A stretch of 41,297 nt of DNA from contig NC_068990.1 in the NCBI RefSeq assembly GCF_001194135.2, positions 48,462,635 through 48,503,931 on the forward strand, given 5' to 3'. The notes below the pieces were generated by a model. It saw nothing but the letters and a program-made list of their open reading frames with translations. It was not told where the DNA came from and made no database searches. A program made the translations under genes and the position numbers. This stretch comes from Octopus bimaculoides. Its lineage: Eukaryota. Positions within the stretch are counted from its first letter, which is position 1; every line of letters begins with the position of its first letter. Positions 22,091-32,099 of the stretch are shown here, piece by piece.

Positions 22091-23544
22091 AATCAACATT
22101 ATCGAATGTATTCTTTCTCTTTCGAAGATGAAGGTATGTAGTTTGAGGGATATTTGACTACTATTTCTAGAATATTGTGACCACAGAGAGAGTGTCTTGT
22201 CAACTTGTCTATTAAATAGTACCATTTTATGGTATAGATTTAGAAATAATAAACTTACTAAAAATTAAATGTTGTTAGTGCTACCATAAAACAGAAGCAG
22301 AAAAAGAGATTCTAAAACAGAAGAAATCTTGAGCAAAGAAACCTATTTTATACTCCAAACACAATTGAAGAATTAAAATGCCTTTTCTATTTCAACATTC
22401 AAAGGTAAATAGAAAAGAAATTTCAAGTAATCCGTTTGGAATAAATCAAGTCAGGATAGATTTCTACTTTCTAAAATTGAAGAATACAGAAAATGTCAAA
22501 ATCCAACCCAGAATCTAAGAATCTAACAGACACAAAGCACGATTTCTTTGACTTATGGCTCCTCCTGTGTAAAATTAGAAAGAATGGCAAGCACAGAACA
22601 ATGTAAAATTTATCCATTGAAAAATCTTCTCACACAATGAAAAGGGAGAGAAAGAAAAGGTTTAAGAGAACGGAAGCACCAAACTTTATTTCAACTCATA
22701 CGACATGTATTCTAACATGAATAACAGCAATATAATGCTAATGAAAGATCTTTGTTCTGTTCACTATCACTTTAATTTCATTCCATGGAGGCAGGGCAGA
22801 AGTAATCTTTAATTTCAACAAAGTCTCAAATGTATTTTGTGAGCCAATTCTGCAATAGAATATTAACAGATTGACCCATATTTACTTTTGTTTTCTCTTG
22901 TTGCCATCTCAATTATAAATGCAGCAAAATAAATAAATAAATAAAAGCACTACAGTATGACCATTACTAACATTATGTCTCACTTATACATGTAAAATTT
23001 TATTGATTATTTTTATTCAGCATAAGGAGGACTACCTTCTTTTATAAAACAAATTTCACTATTATTTCTGAAAATGAGGACAGTTGATGCAGAAAATATA
23101 GAGCTGAACAAGTTATTCCATAGCATCTAGCTTAATGCCATGTTTGTAAGTTCAAGTCCTTCAAGAATAAATATTTATCTTGGATTAATAAAATATGCAT
23201 GTTTTTCTTTATTTATGTATGTAGCTTATACAGGAGAGAAAAGAAAATGCAAATGATCATTTTCTGACACTCTGACACTGTGTGGAGGAGCTTTTCATGG
23301 GACCTGAAATTTAGAATGAATGCTTACAACAGAATGAACTCTGCTAAAGGAATACATGGGCCAGGTTGTGGCATTAGAGTGGATGATGGATTAAGTCTAA
23401 TACTCATTACAAAAGTTACATTAACTAATAATATTACTACTGTATTAAAAATAAAAATTGTACCTATAGAAGAAACAACTCATTAATCTTTCTGAGACAT
23501 TCATAGGTATCCCTCTTCAACAAAAATTACAAATGAAAAATATT

Positions 23545-23755
23545 GGTTTCAAATTTTGGCACAAGGCTAGCAATTCTGGGGAGGGTGTAAGTCAATTACA
23601 TTGACACCAGTGCTCAACTGGTACTTATTTTATCGACCCTGAAAGGATGAAAAGCAAAGTCGACCTCAACGATATGTGAACTCAGAATGTAAAGAAGGAA
23701 GAACTGCTACTAAGCATTTTGCTTGGTATGCTAATGATTCTGCCAGCTCACCACC
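23545..23755 (-). mobile_element. SINE family A with 18-bp TSD
   Basis: TTACAAATGAAAAATATT at 23527-23544 and 23756-23773; best-preserved A copy. Confidence 0.9.
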
Positions 23756-24079
23756 TTACAAATGAAAAATATTAATAAAATAACTTTTCTTTATGTATGG
23801 ATTTGAGGTTAAAAAGTTTGCTTTGTAATGATTATGGTTTTAAGTTCAGTCCCATAGCACAGTGCCTTGAGCAAGTATCTTCTACTAAAGATACAAGCTG
23901 ACAATATCTTGTGAGTGAATTTGGTAAACAGAAACTGTATGGAAGCCAGATGTATGTTTAAATTTGTGTTCTTCCAGCATTTAACAATCAATGTTGATTT
24001 GTTTATATCTACTTAACATCTTAGAGGTTCATCAAAAAGAGTATGATAGAATAAGTAAATACTAGACTGGGTTCAATTT

Positions 24080-24260
24080 CAGTTCTATATTTAAGAGACA
24101 AGGAATTATGTACTTTATTTACATTATTTACATTTGACGGATATTTATCCTCATCTTGTTTGTTGTCAACACAACGTTTCGGCTGATATACCCTCCAGCC
24201 TTCATCAGGTGTCTTGGGGAAATTTTGAACCTGGGTTCTCTTTCCTAAGGTATTTTTCGA

Positions 24261-24316
<56 letters not shown>

Positions 24317-24355
24317 TCACTGCCTGGAATCGAACTCGGAATCTTGAGGTTAGTA
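24080..24355 (-). mobile_element. tRNA-headed short retroelement with (AAT)n and hammerhead (copy 2), 5'-truncated, 11-bp TSD
   Basis: GGGTTCAATTT duplicated at 24069-24079 and 24356-24366; B box GAGTTCGATTCC retained; homologous to 10153-10415. Confidence 0.85.
24168..24213 (-). ncRNA. Minimal type I hammerhead ribozyme motif (probably dimer-dependent)
   Basis: Minus strand: GACAC CUGAUGA A GGCUG-gagggUaUaU-CAGCC GAA ACGU U | GUGUU. Helix I GACAC/GUGUU, 5-bp stem II, palindromic ACGU stem III. Confidence 0.7.
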
Positions 24356-25875
24356 GGGTTCAATTTGTCTGACTAAACCCTTCAAATTAGTGCCCCTGTA
24401 TGGCAGCAGTCCAATGACTGAAACATAAGAATAGAACAATATATATTTACATTTTTAATTTTTCATAAATGTCTTAGTATTTTTACTTCAACAGAAATTT
24501 ATAAGAAGCAACATTTAATAGTATACTTTGGTCCCTCATCCATTATATGTTATACAGTGGCGTAGAGTCACAAGGAGGTAGGTAAAATAGATACATGATG
24601 TTAGTAAAGTTTATCTGAAGGATGAAAGACACAGCTGACCTCACAGAAATTAGAACTCACAATCTATAGATCAGTAACTAAATACTGTGCAGTATTTTTC
24701 CCAACACTCAAAGGATAGTATTAAATCAGTCATCAAGATAAAATAGTATTTCCATAATTATTTTAGTGACAGGTAAAAATATGTGATCAAGTAATAAGAT
24801 CAACAGAAATGTAATTCTAGAGAAGAAAGAATGTACATTTGATGTCAGAAACTGTTTGAGATTTATAATATGATTTATCATATTATAGTAATATACACAC
24901 TTGTGCAATTGAACATATACAAGCATTATAGTTATTAACTATGTAATATTTATTATATGTATTCAGAGATATGATAAACTATAGAGAAAAGTCACTAGAA
25001 TTATTACATACAAATAAAATATAAATCACAGTCAATTACAAAGATGTAGCATTGGTTCATGGAACCTTTAGAACACATCATATGATTATGGAAAAGAAAC
25101 ACTTTCATTCTTCACTAGAATAGCGCAAGATTTTATTCAAATGTTTTAGTATTGTCTGCAATAAAAGTTTGGTATATAACTGTAAATTATCATATTACAA
25201 CTTTCTAGACAAACATAATGAAAAATTAAATAAATGGATAAAATTCAATATAAAAAATAACTTTAAAATTAATTGCAATGAAATGTCTAATACAATGTTC
25301 AAAGAAAAACAATAAGGTTAATGTGATGTAGATACATACTATCAAGGTTTTATCAAAATCTATTTCCATCTTTCATCTATTATTAATCATTCAACCACGG
25401 TAGTGGTTGAATATATTCTTAAGTCCACCATTTCGTCAATTGCAGCAGCTTCCAAGCTTCACCACTAATTCAGTTCTCAACTAAATTGCAAACTGTTAAC
25501 AGTTTTAAAGAGGACACCTCCTCAGCTACACTTTGGCATAAATAGTTTAAGATTTGGTTCAGTAGAAAAAAGTTACATCAAAATATCTGTGACCTCTAGC
25601 GGGGAGGGGGGGGGCAATAAGGCACCTATTCACCTTTAATTAAACATAAACTTCAATTAAACATAAACTTTTCAATTTTAAATTAAAAACATACTTTTCT
25701 TAGGCTTAAATGATAGAAAAATGTATGAGGAATTCAGAATCACTTGTCGCATTGAACAAAATTTAGTAGAAAAAGGTAAAATGTTACGAAATTTCCTGTC
25801 AGTAAGAGAGTAAAGGAGTAACGCTTCAGCTATAAGAATAAAGAATATATTTCTAAAATCAATGTTTACTTTCTA

Positions 25876-26306
25876 AGGCAGCAAGCTGGCAGAAACGTTA
25901 GCATGCTGGGTGAAATATTTTACTGTATTTCATCTGTTTTTATGTTTTTGAGTTCAAATTTTGCCGAGGTCAACTTTGACATACAGATTATTTAATTAAT
26001 TGTTTTTAACTAAACACTTTCAAACTTCCAATACTGGTAGCATATGTCCTAGAACAGGGTTTATTCTTAACGTTTTTGACAAAATTTTGTATTTTAGAAG
26101 CAGTATTTCATCTGTCTTTACGTTCTGAGTTCAAATTCCAACGAGGTTGACTTTGCCTTTCATCCATTTCAGATCTATTCAATTAGATGTACAGTTTATT
26201 TAATTTTTTTCCACTAAACACTTTCAAACTTCCGATATTGGTAGAATGTGTCACATAGAACAGGGTTTACTCTTAACATTTTCGACAAAATTTTGTATTT
26301 TAGAAG
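25876..26306 (+). repeat. Old tandem duplication of a SINE A / DNA-transposon-arm junction
   Basis: Units ~25924-26100 and ~26102-26306 each contain GTATTTCATCTG...TTCAAATT...GAGGT and AAACACTTTCAAACTTCC...TTTTGTATTTTAGAAG. Confidence 0.7.
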
Positions 26307-26459
26307 TTATTTCGTCAGAAGTTACAGAGTGACAATAGACAAATTTGTGTTTGATAAGTGCCAATACATGAAACTCTCAGCTTTTGACTTACTTTCTAAC
26401 TCCTGCCAATGATATATATACATATTACATATATGTGTGAAAAAATCTCATCACGCAAT

Positions 26460-26651
26460 CGAACCAATGAAAGAGCCTCTACTTGGTCGCTCGACACGCT
26501 AAAAATAGCAGCCAAAGTATCCCCCTACCTAAATCACACGCCCATTGTATGAAGTGTCCTAGATTATCCCTAAAAAGACGGTTTGCTGAAGGCTGGAATG
26601 TTTTGATGTTACGTTTGCAGTATCAGGGTTGATTTGAGGCTAAATAACGAC
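26460..26651. mobile_element. Dispersed repeat family D
   Basis: CTAAAAATAGCAGCCAAA...GGCTGGAATG...GAGGCTAAATAAC, in the opposite orientation to 13875-14370. Confidence 0.55.
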
Positions 26652-27187
26652 ATTATGGTCAATTTCTATATTAACACCTGCACAATTTTCACTAAGAAAA
26701 AAAATTTGATTTTTTGCATGGAATCAAGTATCCTGACCTCCTAATATACTGCAAAACCCTTATTTTGGTTTGGAAAAAATGAGTTGGGGGTCTTTCCCCG
26801 CCCAATCCCAGAATCACAGGAAATTTTTTTTTTTTTTTCATTAAATGAATTCCTGTGACCTCCTAATATTGCAAAATTAGGTTACTTAAGGTGAGCCTGA
26901 TAACTGATGGTTTTGGGGTCTTGTTTGTAACTTTTGGTGAGCCATGGTGCAACCAACAACATAGTAAAAATCCCTGCCATTAATTTGGTGTGGATGGGTA
27001 ATATCAAATAATTCAATCACAACATATATTTAAATTAAACACAAAAAAAAATTGAAATATTATCATCAATTACATGGAAAAATTGAAATACTATCTTTCA
27101 ATAGTTTATAAGGTAAAATCTTAAATTATTAATTGACACATTATTAATTATCTTATAACAGCAATGCCTGAAAAAAATCATGGATTA

Positions 27188-27646
27188 CATGGAAAAATGC
27201 AAGCATGAAAAGTCCTATTCTTAAGATTATAAACATGGAAAAATACAGAACAAGTTATTACACCTGTAAAAGTATAGGACAAGCTAAAATTAAAACTTGA
27301 ATATTAAAACTTATTTTATTATAGTTTACAAATAACACTATACTTATTTAAGTAGAATTTGGCTAATTTACTGCCTTAAATACAGAAAAAAGTGACTAAT
27401 TAGACAAACTTACAAATTAGCTGAACAGTTTTGTACAATAAATTTAAAAGATAAGAACTGTAAAGAGTAATAAATCAAAAGAACTGGCATTCTTTGCTGC
27501 AATATTTTAAGTAAAAAGTTTCTTATTCTTTACTTTATTAGAAGTAATAGCTTGTCCTATACTTTTACAAGTGTAATAACTTGTCCTGTACTTTTCCATG
27601 TTTATAATCTTAAGAATATGACTTTTCATGCTCGCATTTTTCCATG
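27188..27646. mobile_element. 459-bp MITE with ~100-bp TIRs, TA flanks
   Basis: 27184-27286 is the reverse complement of 27548-27650 with 5 mismatches in 103 bp; TA|CATGG...CCATG|TA. Confidence 0.85.
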
Positions 27647-27752
27647 TAATTATGCAAGATTCAATTTCAGTACTACAAGCTATTAAACTAACTCAATTTC
27701 CACTTAGTCTCTGCCACTATGTCATTCGTTCCTAGGATGGATTAGAGCTTAA

Positions 27753-27967
27753 CCCTTTAGCATTTGGATTACTCTGTCAAATGCAATATTTATTTACTCA
27801 CATTGGTTTGAATTAATTATGCATCAATTCATAGCTTCAATATTTCAATGATGTGATTGGTTATTCTTCAATTGTAGAGAAGGTGTAAGAGGTCAGATTT
27901 GGCTGGTTTGAACACAAGAAGAAATAGAATATTTGGGCCAGTTATGGACAGTTTAAATGCTAAAGGG
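27753..27967. mobile_element. 215-bp piggyBac-type MITE
   Basis: TTAA|CCCTTTAGCATTT ... AAATGCTAAAGGG|TTAA; second copy at 14922-15132. Confidence 0.88.
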
Positions 27968-28190
27968 TTAAAGTGTAACTCAAGACAGTGAAGGAGTACA
28001 AACTTATTACTAAGTACTTGTAGGTATGCAGTATTTCATTATGCAACCATAATCTACTATAAAGTATATTAAACATTTTTATAAGTCAATACTGCATTCT
28101 GCTGCACTAGCTTTTACATATTAAATGCATTCCAATAATGTTACACTACTGTATACAGTGGCTATTTAAGCAATGTGTTCAAGGACGATT

Positions 28191-28259
28191 AAAGGGTTAG
28201 ATGAGTGCTGATGAAGGGGAAAAACCCTGTGAAATATGGCATATATATCCTTTACCCTT
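28191..28259 (+). ncRNA. Type I hammerhead motif, degenerate copy
   Basis: CUGAUGA at 28208-28214, perfect stem III AUAU-GGC-AUAU, AUA triplet. The stem II/GAAA junction is disturbed (CCCTGTGAAA) and helix I is weakened. Confidence 0.5.
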
Positions 28260-28581
28260 CTTTCATCTTTGATTTCATCTTGTATATGAAATGTAGTAAC
28301 AAAATTCAGTGTTGGCTATAATTTCTATGGAATATCTGTAGAGGTAACCTTAACAAGTGATGTAAAGCACACTGCTAACACAGTAGAACATGGCATTGAC
28401 TTATAAAAATGTTTAATATACTTTGTAGTATATTATGACTGCATAACGAAATATTGTGGACCTACAAGTCATTAGTATTTATGTACCAGCTATGAATGCA
28501 TTTGATATGTAAAATTGGTATATCCAATAATGTTACACTGCTGTATATAGTGGTATTTAAGCAATGTGTTCAAGGATGATT

Positions 28582-28650
28582 AAAGGGTTATATGGGTGCT
28601 GATGAAGGGCAAATATCCCCGAAATATGGCATGTATGCCCATTACCCTTT
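28582..28650 (+). ncRNA. Type I hammerhead ribozyme motif
   Basis: AAAGGGU-uau-AUGGGUG CUGAUGA A GGG-caaauauc-CCC GAA AUAU-ggc-AUGU A | UGCCCAU-u-ACCCUUU. All three helices form around an intact core; predicted GUA cleavage after 28635. Confidence 0.75.
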
Positions 28651-28830
28651 TTTCATCTTCAATCTCATTGTTTGTTTGCATCTGACAACTTGGACACGAA
28701 ACATTGTAACAAAAATCAGTGCTGGATAATTTCTACAGAATATCCGTAGAGACAACCTTAACAAGAAACTTATTACTCTCCAACTAACACACTGACACTA
28801 TATCTTTACTTCTAATTGCTTCTCTAACTT

Positions 28831-28984
28831 ACAGTGGCAAGTTAGTAGAATTGTTAACATGTCAAACAAAATGCCTTGTACTATTTGTTTCTGCTCTTTA
28901 CTTTTTGAGTTGAAATCCTGCCAAGGTCAACTTTGCCTTTTATCCTTTTGGAGACAATAGAATAAAGTATTAGTTAAATGGTGT

Positions 28985-29054
<70 letters not shown>

Positions 29055-29296
29055 GTGCGTGCGTCTCCTTATCATGACATCTTGTCATACCATCATACAA
29101 GCAGTGTCTTCCATTACCACACCTCCATGAGGACATGTCCAGCTATGGGGGAATGTTATTCTGCTTAGAAACAGCAAGGATTGGTGATAAGAAATCTGGC
29201 CTGGGAAAATCTGCCTGACAGAATTCCATCTGACCTGTGCAAGCATGGAAGAGTAGATGTTAAAACAATGACAATGATAACAACAATGATGATGAT
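28831..29296 (+). mobile_element. Chimeric SINE: family A head + (GT)n + RTE-tail module
   Basis: 28831-28980 matches family A; (GT)n at 28981-29060; 29070-29296 matches the middle/tail of 16012-16230 and ends in (ATG)n. Confidence 0.65.
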
Positions 29297-31532
29297 AAAA
29301 TGCAAATGAGGAAAGAATGTCTTCTATTTTGTAAACTAGTTTGCAATTAAGATGTTGTCGCAAAACACTGAAGAATATAATAAAAAATATAGTAGAAATG
29401 TGAGTCAATAATTCCTCTATGACTCATTGTCAGAAATGTTAGGTCTTCATTATGCTATCTTTGTTCTCCATTATACTCCTTCCTAAACACTTAATTGTTG
29501 AAACAGGGACTAATTACATAGTTAACTCTTACATCACTTAACAATTTAATGTAGATCATTTATACTCTCTCTTTCTCTCTCTCTCTCTCTCTTTGAGTAC
29601 AGTGAGAAGAAAAAGAAAGCGAGAGAAAGAGAATGGTTACAACTTTACATGCTTCAGAGATGGAATAGAAAAATCATAATCTTAGCTGAAGGTGACCTAC
29701 AGTAGATTATCTGAATATTTGTTTAAAACCAAAAACCAATATTTTTATTTGATCTACAATCAAATCATATCAGAAAAATATACTAGATATTACAAGCATG
29801 AAAAGGAAAAGGGGAAAACATAGATTGCAGCAGTAGCAGCACTATAGAAGAACTAATGATTGTTTGAGATTTAAGAATTGTAAGGTCTCTTTCACAGTTC
29901 CATACTAGCATGGAAGTGTTCATTCCTAACTCAAGAAAATTACTTGAAAAGTGGTTTGTTTGTTTTCTGTTCTTCTTGTTCTTTGAAGTTATTTTCATGT
30001 AATATGCATGCATGCAAATGTACACATACAATGCAAACACAAAACACAGTATGTCAATTTAGATTTCAGTAGGTAATTACAGATTTTATAAGGATTTTAA
30101 TATGCAAAGAAAGGGAATGATAAAATTCATTGAATCTGATGTTTATTCTAATTGAAAAATATTTCTTTTAAATATTTCTGCTTATAATTTTGTCTTATTT
30201 TTAATATTTGTTAAGTTGTTTTTAGCAACCAATGAGGTAAGTTGCTCATAATTTCCATACAAAAGATAATTTGATATTTTTTCTTATTTACAGTTCAATA
30301 ATTTTTTTCCTATAAGAACAGAACAAAGTATTAAAAAAAAATTATCATAAATTTGATCATAATTGTAAAAAGTAAGACAAAACAATTTCAAAACTTCCAA
30401 TGAACAATTTGTTGTTAATTTGTTCATTCGAAATATCATCCAACCATTGATTCATTTAACAGTTGTTAAAATATTCAACTGGTATTGATCCAAAATTTAG
30501 ATTAAATGGAACAAGAAGAAGGCAAACAGAGTTGTTCATCAATCTTTCCATTCTAAATTATATTTTAATTTGCTATGGGACCTAAAAATTATAAAATGTA
30601 TTCTTAACAATCATTATAATTTTTTTTTTCATAAAGATAATAGTGAAGGATAAAAAAAGAGAAACCAAATAAAATAGTTTCAATAGCTAATGCAATGTAT
30701 TTCAAAATAGTTTTGAAATCATCAATAGAAATATTTTTACACTGGTTCTTTACTAAAGAAAGAAAAAAAAAGGAGTATCTAGCCAATGGCTGCTGAAGAA
30801 ATCTTAGTAATTATATAGAAAAGTTTCTAATATTCCCTTTAACTTTATATTTTAGATCATTTATTTCTATCACAACCTATTCCACCTCACCACTTAAAAC
30901 AAATGTACATAAAACTTGCCTGTAGACTCAAATACATTAATCATTTTAAATGAAATATCAACCAGAATCTAAGGAGGTGGTCATAAAATACCAATTTGCT
31001 TCAAGTCAATTAACAACATTAATTAAAAGATAATCTTGTAATGGTCCTTAGGCATCCACAACACAAATGTTTACTTCCACCAGATTTTATAACATTACAA
31101 AGAACGAGATGTATTTCACTTTCTAGACAGGATATCAGTCTGACCAGTATCTTTTCCTATGAGATGGGGTTGAGCTAAGCACTACAAACCAATTAAGTAC
31201 TTATGTTTAACATTTTTTGAATTTTAACTAATTTTCTAAAATTCTAAAATGTTTAAAATTCTAACTATAAGATCTACCTCCAGATACTCTTATGACTCTA
31301 AAATCCCCTGCCCTCACTGATCAACCATTCATATACTCTCTTATGCTCGCCTTCATGTACCTTGAGGATTTGCTCTGGCACCCCAACTTGTCTTCCTAGC
31401 TACTTCCACCCACTCTTATAAAATACAAAGTAACCACATATCTTCTTTATAGCAAAACAGTTATGTTATTTCCTCTATCATACTTTAGCCTCTCAATACC
31501 TAGCATAAAGCTATGTTCCCCTTTCAAATATT

Positions 31533-31578
<46 letters not shown>

Positions 31579-31642
31579 TACTACTTAGTCAAGGGAGCTT
31601 TTTCCTTTTTCAGTTCTTTTCCTGTCTTGCAAGTTACAAGGT

Positions 31643-31833
31643 AACCTCATTAACGCTGGTGGCATGTTAAAAGCACTCAATACATGCTGTAAAGTGGTTG
31701 ACATGAGAAAGGGTATGCAACCAGAGAAACCATGCCAAAGCTGATATTGGAGCTAAATGCAGCTCTGTAGCTCAAAGGATCCTGTCAAACCATCCAAGAT
31801 ATGTCAGCATCAAAAATGGACATATCATTATGA
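31643..31833 (+). mobile_element. RTE-tail repeat fragment
   Basis: GGTGGCATGTTAAAAGCAC...AGAAACCATGCCAAA...GTCAAACCATCCAA matches the RTE 3' UTR at 35765-35915. Confidence 0.65.
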
Positions 31834-31834
31834 C

Positions 31835-32045
31835 TTTTATCTTTTACTATTTCCAGTCATTTGACTGTGACCATGCTGGAGCACCATCTTCAAGAATTTC
31901 AGTTAAACAAATTGGCCCCAGTACTTACCTTTTTTTTTTAGCTTAGTACTCATTTTATTATTTTCTTTTGCTGAATCACTAAGTTACAGAGACATAAACA
32001 CACCAATACCAGTTATCAAGTGGAGGACAAACACAAAGACATGCA

Positions 32046-32085
<40 letters not shown>
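31835..32085 (-). mobile_element. SINE family C, 3' half (left piece of a SINE split by the RTE)
   Basis: CAGTCATTTGACTGTGACCATGCTGGAGCACC...GGACAAACAC..(CA)n. Confidence 0.75.
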
Positions 32086-32099
32086 TGAATATTTTAATC

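Larger units (their letters stand above)
23793..24437 (+). mobile_element. SINE family C, split by an inserted hammerhead-bearing element
   Basis: Head/core at 23793-24079 and tail (CAGTCCAATGACTGAAAC) at 24356-24437 are collinear with family C. Confidence 0.7.
27996..28765 (+). mobile_element. Retrozyme/Penelope-pLTR-like tandem repeat with hammerheads and an inverted segment
   Basis: Direct repeats 28132-28357 and 28524-28765 (period ~391), each with CTGATGA...GAAA. Inverted repeat ~27996-28120 / 28360-28486 with a 30-bp perfect core (28061-28090 / 28395-28424). Confidence 0.65.

Noticed and set aside
23010-23150. Possible host exon (TTTTATTCAG ... GTAAGT)
   Set aside because: All three frames contain stops, and I found no partner exons or other support.
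27961-28200. Shared AAAGGGTTA between the piggyBac MITE end and hammerhead helix I
   Set aside because: A 9-bp match in AT-rich DNA with no further homology; likely chance.
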